This document shows, piece after piece, positions 48,789 through 58,565 of a stretch of 64,000 bases of DNA. Origin of the DNA: Dehalococcoidia bacterium (GTDB lineage: Bacteria > Chloroflexota > Dehalococcoidia > Plut-88900); assembly GCA_965197585.1 (NCBI GenBank), contig OZ240215.1:2464001-2528000 (forward strand), given 5' to 3'. Both the position numbers and the translations under genes were made by a program. Below the pieces are notes generated by a model, which saw nothing but the letters and a program-made list of their open reading frames with translations, did not search any database and was not told the DNA's origin. Position 1 is the stretch's first letter, and the number at the start of each line of letters is the position of its first letter.

Positions 48789-49337
48789 CTAAGCCATCTC
48801 TCCGTCGATGCCCGCTACTCCCCCGATTATCACCAACACGACTACGTTCACGATGACAACAGGAATCGCAGCAATCAGGATTACGAAGAACGCCCGCCAG
48901 GTGGACGTGTAGTCCAGAGCTTGTCGTACGGCAATCAACATAGCCACGAAACTCCAGATAAATACGACCAGCAGAATCAGGCCTCCGACGACAGGTATGA
49001 ATGAAAGCACGTTCAGAAGCCGCGGCGTCTGGGCGAATCCCGTACACCGGGCCAGTTGTCCCCAGTTGGCTTCAGTATGTTCCGTCTTCAATATAGTGGC
49101 CCCGACAATCCAGGTGCCCAGCGCCCAAAGGGCCCAGCTGACGATTCCTCCGACTATCCCAAAGATCACGGCCTCGACAATCTTTATTTCGTCGCCGCCC
49201 AACAGCGTGCCAACCAGGCCAGCGATAGAAACCAGAATGACTATGGCCAGAGCTTGTAGAGTGGCTCCGCGGTCCCTTTCCACCTCCTCATAGGTGTCTG
49301 AACTCAATCGGGCAGCGCCCAACATTCTGCCTATCAT
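48789..49337 (-). CDS. YIP1-like membrane protein
   Basis: YEEVE.D..AT.QA, GFAQTP, AVRQALDY; several TM segments. Confidence 0.75.
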   Translation of the reverse strand: MIGRMLGAARLSSDTYEEVERDRGATLQALAIVILVSIAGLVGTLLGGDEIKIVEAVIFGIVGGIVSWALWALGTWIVGATILKTEHTEANWGQLARCTGFAQTPRLLNVLSFIPVVGGLILLVVFIWSFVAMLIAVRQALDYTSTWRAFFVILIAAIPVVIVNVVVLVIIGGVAGIDGEMA

Positions 49338-49519
49338 AGGATCACCTCGTTCCAGGGAAATTTGTGGATCTGGGATCTCTGCAGGGCTATGCCATCAGCC
49401 CCTCGATACGCTAGTGGATTGAGGGATAAAGGGGGAATCAGGTTAAGCATATGAATCATTGCTTTGATTGGGGAATGATAGCCGACTTTAGTCCCCGTAG
49501 GAAGTGACCATACTTTTGA

Positions 49520-50203
49520 TCACTTCCTCCTCCCATAATCGCATACCTGCTTCAAGGCACACCCGAGGCACAGCGGGTTCTTCCGACAAACGTCCTTCCC
49601 GAGCGCCACCAGCAAAGCGTGATACTCCCCAAACACCCTCACATCCGAGGGCAGAGCCTCCTCGAATAACCGCTGGTAATCAGCATATGCCCCCGGCCCC
49701 ATTGGCCCCACCCCCAGCCGCCCCACTATCCGCCTCGTGTACTCATCTATGACAAATGTCGGCTTCCCCGCCGCGTACAGCACTATGCAGTCCGCCGTTT
49801 CTTCTCCAATACCGTGAATCCCTAGCAGCTCTTTCCTCAACTCCGCCGCACCCTGCTCCAGCATCGAATCCAGGGCGCCCCCGTACCGCTCCATGACATA
49901 CTCCACGAACGCCTTCACCCGACGCCCCTTCACCGTATAGAATCCCGACGACCTTACCAACTCCGCAATCTCCCCCTCCGACAACCGAGCCAGGGCCGCG
50001 ACGTCAAGGGCCCCGGCCTCTCTTATCGCATCCAGGGCTTTCGCCGCATTACCCCAGGCCGTGGATTGCACCAGAATCGCTCCTAACACGACCTCAAGCT
50101 TTGTCTTGGCTGGCCACCAACCCTGTGGCCCATACCTTTCATACAGCAGGTCGTATACTCGTCTCACAATACTACCCGCATAGCTAGTATCCACCCTGCT
50201 CAT
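49520..50203 (-). CDS. Endonuclease III-related HhH-GPD DNA glycosylase
   Basis: GPQGWWP, GAILVQ.T.W.N, GIGEETAD.I, C-terminal Cys cluster; ATG overlaps the sfsA stop. Confidence 0.88.
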   Translation of the reverse strand: MSRVDTSYAGSIVRRVYDLLYERYGPQGWWPAKTKLEVVLGAILVQSTAWGNAAKALDAIREAGALDVAALARLSEGEIAELVRSSGFYTVKGRRVKAFVEYVMERYGGALDSMLEQGAAELRKELLGIHGIGEETADCIVLYAAGKPTFVIDEYTRRIVGRLGVGPMGPGAYADYQRLFEEALPSDVRVFGEYHALLVALGKDVCRKNPLCLGCALKQVCDYGRRK

Positions 50204-50892
50204 CGAAACTCCACTGGCACCCTTGCCCCGAGGCTTATCTCTTCCAACGTCACCCGACACACATACGCGTACACCCCGACTCCCTTCCGCTGAGCCTCCC
50301 CCAGCGCCGAGGTAAACTCCGGGTCCGCATCCCTGTTCGGCGAAAGGCAGGTCGCATCGTCCCTCTGCACCACGAATACCACAGCCGCCCCGTGTCCTTC
50401 GTCCACCGCCTTCATCAGCGTCCGAACGTGCTTCGTCCCTCGCGTAGTCGGAGCGTCCGGGAAAAGCGCTCTCCCGCCACTGACCAGCGTCGCCGACTTC
50501 GTTTCCACGTACACCCGGCCCCTCGGCCCCGAGAAACAAAGGTCGAGCCGGCTGTCCCCAAAGGTCCTCTCCCTCTCGATCACAGGATACCCGTCGAACT
50601 CCTCAATCCTTCCCAATCTCTGCGCTTCAGCCACTACCGCTGGCGGCAGCCGCGAGTCGCACGACACCAGAACACCGTCTATCGAGACCAGGCACAGATC
50701 GAAGGCCGTCTTACGCCCGGGCGTAACGCCGGGAGACACGTACACCGTCGCACCCGGCACGAACAGCTCCCTCATCCGCCCCGAGTTCGGCACGTGCACC
50801 ATCGTCTCCTTCCCATCCACCTCCACCCGAGCCAAAAACCTGTTCAACCTCTCCCCAAACCGCCCCTCCCTTAGCCCTGATGCCATCCTCAT
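50200..50892 (-). CDS. sfsA: DNA/RNA nuclease SfsA
   Basis: R.NRF, HVPNSGRM.EL, SRLD, VETKS.TL, FPDAPT.RG.KH. Confidence 0.92.
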   Translation of the reverse strand: MRMASGLREGRFGERLNRFLARVEVDGKETMVHVPNSGRMRELFVPGATVYVSPGVTPGRKTAFDLCLVSIDGVLVSCDSRLPPAVVAEAQRLGRIEEFDGYPVIERERTFGDSRLDLCFSGPRGRVYVETKSATLVSGGRALFPDAPTTRGTKHVRTLMKAVDEGHGAAVVFVVQRDDATCLSPNRDADPEFTSALGEAQRKGVGVYAYVCRVTLEEISLGARVPVEFR

Positions 50893-51023
50893 ATCTGCAA
50901 AATGCTCGCTCTTTCAGAAAAGGCTCTTCTATAAGCAGGTAGGAATCCGCTCGCCCTACCCCCATAAGGTCGACTCTCGTGATCCCCCTCCCCCCACCCT
51001 CGCATAGATGATACGATTATCCC

Positions 51024-51857
51024 ATGAGCACCAACAATTTCGTCGACAAGCTCCGCCGCACCTCCGAGGCCAACCAGAGCCTCCTATGCGTAGGCTTGGA
51101 CCCCGACCTCCGCCTCATGCCCATTGACGATATTTTTGAGTTCAACCGCTCCATTATCGACGCCACCCACGACCTGGTCTGCTGCTACAAGCCGAACATG
51201 GCCTTCTACGAAGCCTTCGGACCCCCCGGCCTCGAGGTTCTGCGCCGCACCCTCGAACACATCCCCGATGACATCCCCGTCATCGGAGACGCCAAACGTG
51301 GAGATATCGGCAACACAGCAAAGGCATACGCAGCATCCCTATTCGAATACTATGGCTTCGACGCGGTCACGGCCAACCCCTACCTCGGCGGCGACTCCCT
51401 CGCCCCCTTCTTAGCCTACGCCGATAAAGGAGTCTTCGTCCTCTGCCGCAACTCCAACCCGGGCGCTGCCGATTTCCAGTTATTGTCCGTCTCCCGAGAC
51501 AATGGTGAGCAGCGGCCTCTCTACATGGAAGTCGCCGCACGGTGCAATGACTGGAATGTCTTTGGCAACGTTGGACTGGTCGTCGGTGCCACCTACCCCG
51601 AGGAGCTTCGGCAGGTCCGCCAGCAGTGCCCCGACCTTCCTATCCTTCTCCCGGGCATAGGGGCCCAGGGCGGCGACTTGCGTGCCTCCGTAACCAACGG
51701 TCTCGACTCAAACGGCGCCGGCCTCATCATCGCCTCCTCCCGACAGGTCCTCTACGCTTCCAAAGGCGCCGACTTCGCCCAACGCGCCCGGGACGCCGCC
51801 CTGGACCTCCGAGACCGCATCAACGAATGCCGAGTTGAGGCTACCGCAAAGGCCTAA
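51024..51857 (+). CDS. pyrF: Orotidine-5'-phosphate decarboxylase
   Basis: [38 protein letters not shown]. Confidence 0.95.
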   Translation: MSTNNFVDKLRRTSEANQSLLCVGLDPDLRLMPIDDIFEFNRSIIDATHDLVCCYKPNMAFYEAFGPPGLEVLRRTLEHIPDDIPVIGDAKRGDIGNTAKAYAASLFEYYGFDAVTANPYLGGDSLAPFLAYADKGVFVLCRNSNPGAADFQLLSVSRDNGEQRPLYMEVAARCNDWNVFGNVGLVVGATYPEELRQVRQQCPDLPILLPGIGAQGGDLRASVTNGLDSNGAGLIIASSRQVLYASKGADFAQRARDAALDLRDRINECRVEATAKA

Positions 51858-51861
51858 CGCA

Positions 51862-52083
51862 ATGCCTCAAGAGTTCTCCCTCGGAGACGTAGTTCGGATG
51901 CGCAAGCCTCACCCCTGCGGAGGCAGCGTTTGGGAAGTCTACCGCCTCGGCGCCGACATCGGAGTCCGTTGCCTAACCTGTCAACACCGCATCCTCCTTC
52001 CCCGTTCAGCCTTCGAAAAACGGGTCAAGACCATAATCTCCAGTACCCGTACCTCCAACCCCCCCTCCCCCAACCCCGATTAA
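51862..52083 (+). CDS. DUF951 family protein
   Basis: GDVV.MRK.HPCG...W...R.GADI...C..C. Confidence 0.85.
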   Translation: MPQEFSLGDVVRMRKPHPCGGSVWEVYRLGADIGVRCLTCQHRILLPRSAFEKRVKTIISSTRTSNPPSPNPD

Positions 52084-52089
52084 AAGCTT

Positions 52090-52125
52090 GAGGCCGGTCC
52101 GCCAATGGCGGACCGGCCTCTTTCT
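52090..52125. terminator. Perfect 14-bp hairpin between convergent genes; likely terminator
   Basis: GAGGCCGGTCCGCC-AAT-GGCGGACCGGCCTC followed by TTTCT. Confidence 0.65.
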
Positions 52126-52149
52126 AAGTCTAGGTTTTCTTGTACCGGA

Positions 52150-53475
52150 CTAGCGGAACGTTACCCGTATGGCCAGCCGAGACTCGTCGGGCTCCCGACG
52201 TGTCACCACCTCAACCTCTCTGCCTACTACGTCGTCTGCAGTGATGCTGCTGGGAAGAATGTCATCCAATTCGGCGTCGCCTATCACTTCGGTCTCGAAG
52301 TCAATTAGCTTGAATACCGCTCCGTTTACGTTCCATTCAATGACCGTGGTGGTTAGACCGGCCTCAAACGTGGACACAACCTCTACCGATTCGACGGTTC
52401 CCGCAAAGTCCTGTATGAAGCCGCTCCCCCGCTCGCACTCCCAGATCAAATCTGTTACCAGGTCAGTGGTGTAGGATTCAATTAGGGATACTTCCTCGCT
52501 CGCAGCCCCGGCTAAGCCGGTCTGGCTAAGGGTCGATTCGCCCTCGGAACCCGGGAAGAGTGGCGGGAGTTCTCCGTTCAGTCGTCCCTCGAAGTTGTTC
52601 AGATACCGGAAGAAGTCGGAATTGGCTTCCAATACTAGTGTGTCCTGCTCGGACAGGGCATTGGAATAGGCCTCCAGGCTCCTTTGGAAGTTGTAGAATT
52701 CAGGGTCTTTGTTGAAGGCGCTCGCGAAGATCTTAACCGCTATCGCCTCTCCACAACCTCTGATTATGTCCGAGTCCCGCATCGCGTTCGCAACAGTGAT
52801 CGTTCTAGTTCTGTCCGCCAAAGCACGGATCCTGAAATCAAACTCGGCGCCTTCCGCTCGGAACAGCGCTGCTTCCTGCTGCCGCTCAGCATTCATCCTC
52901 TGGAATATGCTCTGGTTAATCGTTTCAGTGAAGTCCGCTCTCTTGATCCGCACGTCGATTATCTGGACGCCGATGTCACGCGCACTCTCCCTACTGACGT
53001 CCGTCACCGTCTGAACGATCGTCGGAACCCCGTCGATGGTTCCTGTCCGTCTCTGGTTCAAGATGATGTCGGACTGGTCGTAGGACGCGATCTCCTTTTT
53101 CAATTCACCGGAGATAATGTCCCTGAGGCGGGCGTCGGCTCCGGGAACATCCAGGACCGTTTCGAAGAACTTCCTCGGGTCGGTGATCTTGTACCGCGCG
53201 TAGGCGTCGATGATCAGGTTCTTCTTGTCCAGAGTAATGAGCGTCTCCGGCGGAGCGTCAAAGCGCAACAATCTCTTGTCGAACTTCGTGACCGTCTCTA
53301 TGAATGGCACCTTGGTCTTCAGACCCGGCTCCACCAACTGCCTGTTGAATTCACCAAACCGCAGCACTAAGGCCTGGTCTGTCTCATCCACGGTGAAGAG
53401 AAACTGGGGTATCACTATCAGCGCGATGATTATTAGGACTACAAGTCCGATTGCGTATTTAAGGGCCTTAGGCAT
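52150..53475 (-). CDS. hflC: FtsH modulator HflC with long C-terminal extension
   Basis: N-terminal TM, SPFH domain, DVRIKR.D, RM.AER, DPEFY.F.RSLEAY. Confidence 0.9.
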   Translation of the reverse strand: MPKALKYAIGLVVLIIIALIVIPQFLFTVDETDQALVLRFGEFNRQLVEPGLKTKVPFIETVTKFDKRLLRFDAPPETLITLDKKNLIIDAYARYKITDPRKFFETVLDVPGADARLRDIISGELKKEIASYDQSDIILNQRRTGTIDGVPTIVQTVTDVSRESARDIGVQIIDVRIKRADFTETINQSIFQRMNAERQQEAALFRAEGAEFDFRIRALADRTRTITVANAMRDSDIIRGCGEAIAVKIFASAFNKDPEFYNFQRSLEAYSNALSEQDTLVLEANSDFFRYLNNFEGRLNGELPPLFPGSEGESTLSQTGLAGAASEEVSLIESYTTDLVTDLIWECERGSGFIQDFAGTVESVEVVSTFEAGLTTTVIEWNVNGAVFKLIDFETEVIGDAELDDILPSSITADDVVGREVEVVTRREPDESRLAIRVTFR

Positions 53476-53508
53476 TCGCTTCGAGCTCCTGTTTATTTGC
53501 TGCGGCTC

Positions 53509-54636
53509 TTATTGCAGAGTCTCGGCCGCCGCAGCATTGGTTGTCTCTTCGTCGGATGAATTCAGGTTTAGGATCGGCAACACGTCTTCTCCCGAAGAGC
53601 TGGACGTGAGCACAAACTCCTTGGTAGCGCCTAGTACCGTCTCCACCGTCTCCAGGTAGAGCCGGTATCGGGTGACCAGCGGTGCCTGCCGGTACTCTGC
53701 GAGTATGGCATCGAACTCCGCGGCTTTACCTAGCGCCTCCGCTACCCTGGCCCTCTGCGAAGCTTCGGCGTTCAGGACTATCTGTTCCGCTTCACCACGG
53801 GCCTTGGGGACAATATCGTTCCTGTAGGCTTCCGCCTGGTTTATGAGCCGTACCCGGTCCTCTCTGGCTGCCACCACGTCGTCGAAGGCGGCCTGCACTT
53901 GGGTGGGCGGGTCCACCGATTGTATCTGCACCCGGACAATCTCCAACCCTGTCCCGTACAGGACCATGAGGTCGGTGAGGATGTCCTGGACCTGGTCTTC
54001 GATCACGCTTCGCTCTTCGGTAAGTACATCGTCCAGAGACCCCTCACCAACTACCTGGCGCAGGGCGGTCTCTGCGGCGTCTCTCAATGTCACCTGGTCC
54101 GGCGACCCGTTGGGGTCGAATACGTTGAACAGGAACGCCGAGGCCCCCCTGTCTCGCCGCGGGACCAGATTATCAGCTTCCAACTGCGTGTTCCCGACCG
54201 ACCCGGGGTTGATACGGGCCTGGATGGCCATCTTCACGTCCACCAGGTTCTCGTCACCCGTGAGCATCAGGGATTCGACAGGGAAGGGAGTTATGGTGGC
54301 AGGAGGCCCGGGGTCCACTACCCGGAATCCAACCTCAAGCCGTCTGATCTCTTCAACTCTCACTTTATCCACTCGCTCAATCGGCGAGGGCCAGTGCCAA
54401 TGTAGTCCCGGGTTCGTCTGGCCTACTTCCTGGCCAAACCGCCTGACTACTCCTAGCTGTCCGGTGTCGACCTGATAAATGCCCGTGCCCAGCCAGATAA
54501 CGAGTATCAGGCCGATCACTAACAGTGCCATTATCAAGCCCAGGCCTCTGAAGCGCCTGCTTATGTTGCGGGCAGCGGGGCCGAAGGCATCGAGCATCCG
54601 GTCAAAATCGCCCCCCCCGCCTGGTCGTCGGGCCAT
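53509..54636 (-). CDS. hflK: FtsH modulator HflK
   Basis: PGLHWHWP.PIE, MLTGDEN.V, V..AFDDV..ARED, VP.ARG.A, RLYLET. Confidence 0.92.
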   Translation of the reverse strand: MARRPGGGGDFDRMLDAFGPAARNISRRFRGLGLIMALLVIGLILVIWLGTGIYQVDTGQLGVVRRFGQEVGQTNPGLHWHWPSPIERVDKVRVEEIRRLEVGFRVVDPGPPATITPFPVESLMLTGDENLVDVKMAIQARINPGSVGNTQLEADNLVPRRDRGASAFLFNVFDPNGSPDQVTLRDAAETALRQVVGEGSLDDVLTEERSVIEDQVQDILTDLMVLYGTGLEIVRVQIQSVDPPTQVQAAFDDVVAAREDRVRLINQAEAYRNDIVPKARGEAEQIVLNAEASQRARVAEALGKAAEFDAILAEYRQAPLVTRYRLYLETVETVLGATKEFVLTSSSSGEDVLPILNLNSSDEETTNAAAAETLQ

Positions 54637-54702
54637 ATCCTATTCTCCTGGTTCTTGGTTGCTTCCGAGCTAGATTGGTTGTTGCCTTGAAATATGGCGC
54701 TA

Positions 54703-55056
54703 TCAGCGCCCTTTTCGAGCCGGGCCTTGATCGCTGTCGTCGTCATTCAGAATACGGTATTCGCCTTCGGTGACCTTGTCGCCTTCCTTCAGGCCCGAGC
54801 CCCAAATCGACTCCCGATGCTCGCGCACAACCTGCGGCGGCGCGAGCCGTACGAAGATTAGGGAGGCAATTGCAAGGATGAGAAGGTCGTCGAAACGCCC
54901 CACCACGGGGATAACGTCTTTGAGGAGATCGAAGGGGAGGGCCAGATAGCCCAGTGACATGGGCATGGCCAGCTTCAATATCAAAGGTACGCGCTGGTCC
55001 CAGAAGAGACGCCAGACCAGCCTGAAGTTCTTTACTACATCTAGAATTCTACGCAT
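54703..55056 (-). CDS. YkvA/DUF1232 family protein
   Basis: D.RVP...K, Y...P.DL..D.IP..G..DD. Confidence 0.8.
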   Translation of the reverse strand: MRRILDVVKNFRLVWRLFWDQRVPLILKLAMPMSLGYLALPFDLLKDVIPVVGRFDDLLILAIASLIFVRLAPPQVVREHRESIWGSGLKEGDKVTEGEYRILNDDDSDQGPARKGR

Positions 55057-55171
55057 TGACTCGAACGCTAATTATCGCATGGGGTGTCGGAGATGACAAG
55101 ACGAACGTTGTTTGGCCTCAAACCCAGTCCTTTCAACGAAGCGGCAGACTAAAGGCTAGCCCCGAGCCCCG

Positions 55172-55906
55172 TCAAGCCGCCAGGTGCTTCCCGAAGAACT
55201 TCAAGGTGCGTTCCCAGGCATCCTCGGCGTCATCCTCGTTGTAGATGTCGGGCTGGGTGTCATTGAAGAACGCGTGCTGGGCGTTCGGGTAGGACTTCAC
55301 CTCTCCCTCCTTGCCCGTCGACGCCATCGCCTCCCGCAGCCTGTCTGCGTGGTCTAAGGTAATCCATTCATCCAGTCCTGCGTGGACGAAAAGAAGCGGG
55401 CATGACATCTGGGGCGCCATATCTATCGGATTGACTGGGTTCTCCTCCGTCGGCTCTTCATTCACGATCTGGCCGTAATACGACGCCGCCGCCCCGATGC
55501 CCGTGTCCTGGCACGACATCAGCAGTGCATAGCTCCCGCCCAGGCAGTAGCCCACCGCCCCTATCCTGTCCGCCGCAACCCCGGTCGTCTTCAAATATTC
55601 CACCCCTCCCCTCAAATAGCCCATCGCCGTGTCGTAACGCAGCTCTTCGGCCAGCTTGGCCGCCTCGTCGGCATCCTTGGTAACCCGATGCCCGGCATAC
55701 GTGTACAGGTCGGGGGCCAGCGCTGCGTAACCCTCCCGTGCAAATCTCTCCACGAGGTCCTTGATATGCCCATCCACGCCCCACCACTCCTGTATAACTA
55801 TCATCCCGGGATGAGGTTCCCCGAAGGCAGGCCGAGCCAGGTATCCCGTCACCTCTTCCCCACCCAACTTATACGAGATTGTTGAAGTCGTAATCTCTTC
55901 GGCCAT
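55172..55906 (-). CDS. Dienelactone hydrolase family protein
   Basis: IQEWWG, ALAPDL, GYCLGG, Y..A.HAFFN. Confidence 0.92.
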   Translation of the reverse strand: MAEEITTSTISYKLGGEEVTGYLARPAFGEPHPGMIVIQEWWGVDGHIKDLVERFAREGYAALAPDLYTYAGHRVTKDADEAAKLAEELRYDTAMGYLRGGVEYLKTTGVAADRIGAVGYCLGGSYALLMSCQDTGIGAAASYYGQIVNEEPTEENPVNPIDMAPQMSCPLLFVHAGLDEWITLDHADRLREAMASTGKEGEVKSYPNAQHAFFNDTQPDIYNEDDAEDAWERTLKFFGKHLAA

Positions 55907-56065
55907 TGCCCTTACATCCCTCGGCAAGTATCCTTGACGGCTGTTGCGGCTATCCATATAACTACCCCCCACCCTTTTGTCAACCCCGCAATGCCTTAGA
56001 AGTGAGATGCTATTACAAAACTCTCCCGGAGAGAGTTTAGAATTCGTGTTTCCCTATCCCTTTGC

Positions 56066-56195
56066 GAGACCTTTGCATAACCAGTGTTGGAGGGGCTGGG
56101 GCCGCTCGTGCTGAGACTCTCGAAGTATGAGCGAGGGCGGAGGTTAAGTGATCTGGATGGCACAAACGATACATCTGCAGTTACGCAAACGTCCT
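56066..56195. mobile_element. MITE (GAGACCTTTGCATAAC TIR family) lacking the 21-nt micro-insertion
   Basis: Homologous to 12718-12870 and 61274-61425; TTGC repeated on both sides. Confidence 0.65.
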
Positions 56196-56273
56196 TTGCC
56201 ATAGAATGGTTGGGGTGAGGATGTACCGAATAAAGAGGAATTGTCACGCAAAGGCCTTGGGTCGGAGGAAATC

Positions 56274-56651
56274 ATGCTCAAACTACAGGGTCTGGACCAC
56301 TTCGGAATTGAGGTCAGTGACATGGAGCGCAGCCTCGACTTCTATTCCAAGACCCTTGGCATGGAGTTTCAGACCCGTTTCGGTCACATGTCCGTTATGA
56401 AATGCGGCGACAACGACCTCGCCCTCTTCGAACGTTCAGACCTTCCCCCCGCCACCCGAGAGCTCACCGAACCCCGAGGCCGCGGCCACTGGGCCTTCCG
56501 CGTCAGCGAATCTGACTTCGCTCAGGCCCAGGCCCGCTTCCCCGCCGAGGGCATCCCCATCCACGGCCCCGTCGACTGGGGCGACCACCAGTGCTTCTAC
56601 TTCCTTGACCCCGACGACAACCTCCTCGAACTCATCTCATACCCTGAATAA
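56274..56651 (+). CDS. VOC/glyoxalase family protein
   Basis: LDHFGI.V.D.ERS..FY, HWAF, FYF.DPD.N..ELI. Confidence 0.88.
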   Translation: MLKLQGLDHFGIEVSDMERSLDFYSKTLGMEFQTRFGHMSVMKCGDNDLALFERSDLPPATRELTEPRGRGHWAFRVSESDFAQAQARFPAEGIPIHGPVDWGDHQCFYFLDPDDNLLELISYPE

Positions 56652-56666
56652 GGTCCTTAACGTAAG

Positions 56667-58160
56667 ATGACAGCAACTCCTTTCGACTGGCGCCGAGCGT
56701 ACGCAGACAAGCTGGTGGACGCCGATGAGGCTGCCCGATACGTCCAGTCCGGCAACGTGGTCCTGGTCACCCGCCACCCCCCGCCCCGACACTTGTTGAA
56801 TGCCCTGGCCGCCCGCAGAGACGAGCTCTCTAGTGTGGTTATCCGCGGCGTCTCCCCCGCCTTCGATCCCGGCTGGTTCCAGCCGGGTTGGCAAGACTCA
56901 TTCCTCCCCATCCCCGAGACATTCCTCGGCCCCGTGGCCCGACCCGCCCTTGACGAGCGCCGCATCGACTACCTCCCATCACCCTTCTCCCTCCTCATCA
57001 AACCCCTCCGGGAGCGCCCCACCGAGTCCCGCGGCCTGGATGTCCTCTTAACCGTAGTCTCGCCCCCCGATAGAAACGGTTTCTGCAGTTTCGGCTCCGA
57101 CCTCTGGGGCAAGCGCCAGTCCGCCAAGTACGCCCGCACCGTCATAGCCCAGGTCAACGAAAGCGCCATACGCACCTACGGCCAGAACTACATCCACGTC
57201 TCCGAGATCGACCACCTTGTCGACTACACCCCGCCCATCCTATCCCCCGAGGAGACAGAGTCCCTCATAGGCCAGGCTGTCGATGAAGAGGCCAAGGCAG
57301 AGCTCTGGAACATTGCCAGCGCGATCCCCAAAGAACGCCTCGCCGAAGTGCTCCCCATGCTGGTAGTTCGCCGGGCCGACCAGATTAGGGAGTTCGGCCG
57401 GGCCAGGGGCCTTGACCGCCCCGCCGAGGACGTCCGCCGCATCGCCGAACACCTATCCGAAATCATCCGTGACGGCGACACTATCCAGATCGGCATTGGC
57501 ACCCCCAGCGCCTACATGCCCCAGCTCGGTGTCTTCGACTCCAAAAAGGACCTCGGATGGCACTCGGAAATGGGCGCCCCCGGCGTTATCGACCTTGTTA
57601 GGCAGGGTGTCATCACCGGCAACCGCAAGACCATCAACCGCGGCAAGGCCATCTTCACCGGCATGGACGGCTGCAAGGCCGATGAAATCGCCTGGGCCGC
57701 CGACAACCCCCTCATCGAGCTCCACGACTCGATACAGGTCCTCAACATATCCCGCACCATCTCCGCCCACGAGAACATGACCTCCATCAACAACGCTCTT
57801 TCCATAGACCTGACGGGCCAGATAAACTCGGAGACCGTATTCGGCTCCCGGCTCTACAACGGCACCGGCGGCCAGCCCGAATTCCACATCGGCTCCGTAA
57901 TGTCCAAGGGTGGCAGGGCCATCACGCTTCTGCGTTCCCGGGCCGTCGGTGGCGCAGTCTCCCGCATCGTAGCCAACCACGACGAAGGCGCCGTCATCAC
58001 CATCCCCCGCACCTTCGCCGACATCATCATCACAGAATTCGGCGTGGCCCGCCTCCTCGGCAAGTCCATCCGGGAGCGCGCCCAGGAGCTAATAAATATC
58101 GCCCACCCAGACTTCCGCCCCGACCTCCAATCCGCCGCCCAAAACCTCTTCTACCCCTAG
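56667..58160 (+). CDS. Acetyl-CoA hydrolase / 4-hydroxybutyrate CoA-transferase family
   Basis: VSPPD..G.CS.G, DGDTIQIGIG, HSEM, IDLTGQ, GTGGQ, TEFGVA.L.GK, IAHPDFR. Confidence 0.9.
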   Translation: MTATPFDWRRAYADKLVDADEAARYVQSGNVVLVTRHPPPRHLLNALAARRDELSSVVIRGVSPAFDPGWFQPGWQDSFLPIPETFLGPVARPALDERRIDYLPSPFSLLIKPLRERPTESRGLDVLLTVVSPPDRNGFCSFGSDLWGKRQSAKYARTVIAQVNESAIRTYGQNYIHVSEIDHLVDYTPPILSPEETESLIGQAVDEEAKAELWNIASAIPKERLAEVLPMLVVRRADQIREFGRARGLDRPAEDVRRIAEHLSEIIRDGDTIQIGIGTPSAYMPQLGVFDSKKDLGWHSEMGAPGVIDLVRQGVITGNRKTINRGKAIFTGMDGCKADEIAWAADNPLIELHDSIQVLNISRTISAHENMTSINNALSIDLTGQINSETVFGSRLYNGTGGQPEFHIGSVMSKGGRAITLLRSRAVGGAVSRIVANHDEGAVITIPRTFADIIITEFGVARLLGKSIRERAQELINIAHPDFRPDLQSAAQNLFYP

Positions 58161-58251
58161 CCCCACCGTTATTCCCCACCCCGATCGTGAATCCATCTCG
58201 CGTGAAACGGGATGGGGCCGTAGACTCGCTGAGGCAAGTGACATCACCCCC

Positions 58252-58281
58252 TTGACCTAACTTGTACACTTGTACTATATT
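58252..58281 (+). promoter_or_regulatory. Promoter TTGACC-N18-TATATT with a GTAC-ACTT-GTAC palindrome in the spacer
   Basis: Same architecture as the promoter of the three ncRNA-like elements. Confidence 0.5.
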
Positions 58282-58365
58282 CATATTCAAATGCCCACCC
58301 ATTTTCACTTTCCCACCACCCCCTCCCGGACACGGCAAAAAACTTTTTCTCCCTTCCAGGCGTCA

Positions 58366-58480
58366 TTCAATCAAACTAGCTACGAATTCAATCACCCTTC
58401 AATCTAGTCCAATCAATCTTCAATCAAGTTCAATCGGCTTTCAATCTAGTCCAATCAACCTCCAATCAAGACCAATCAAT
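58366..58480. repeat. 21-bp-period tandem repeat with CAATC every 10/11 bp
   Basis: CAATC at 58368, 58389, 58400, 58410, 58421, 58431, 58442, 58452, 58463 and 58473. Confidence 0.85.
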
Positions 58481-58565
58481 GCCCACCTTGCCGAACACCT
58501 CCCCCCTAGCTTTCCCCTCCACCCCGTTCTAAAATCTACCGTCTCCTCACTAATACGAACACGCC

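Noticed and set aside
49520-50892. sfsA-endonuclease III pair as a defence system
   Set aside because: Both are common housekeeping/repair genes with no other defence context.
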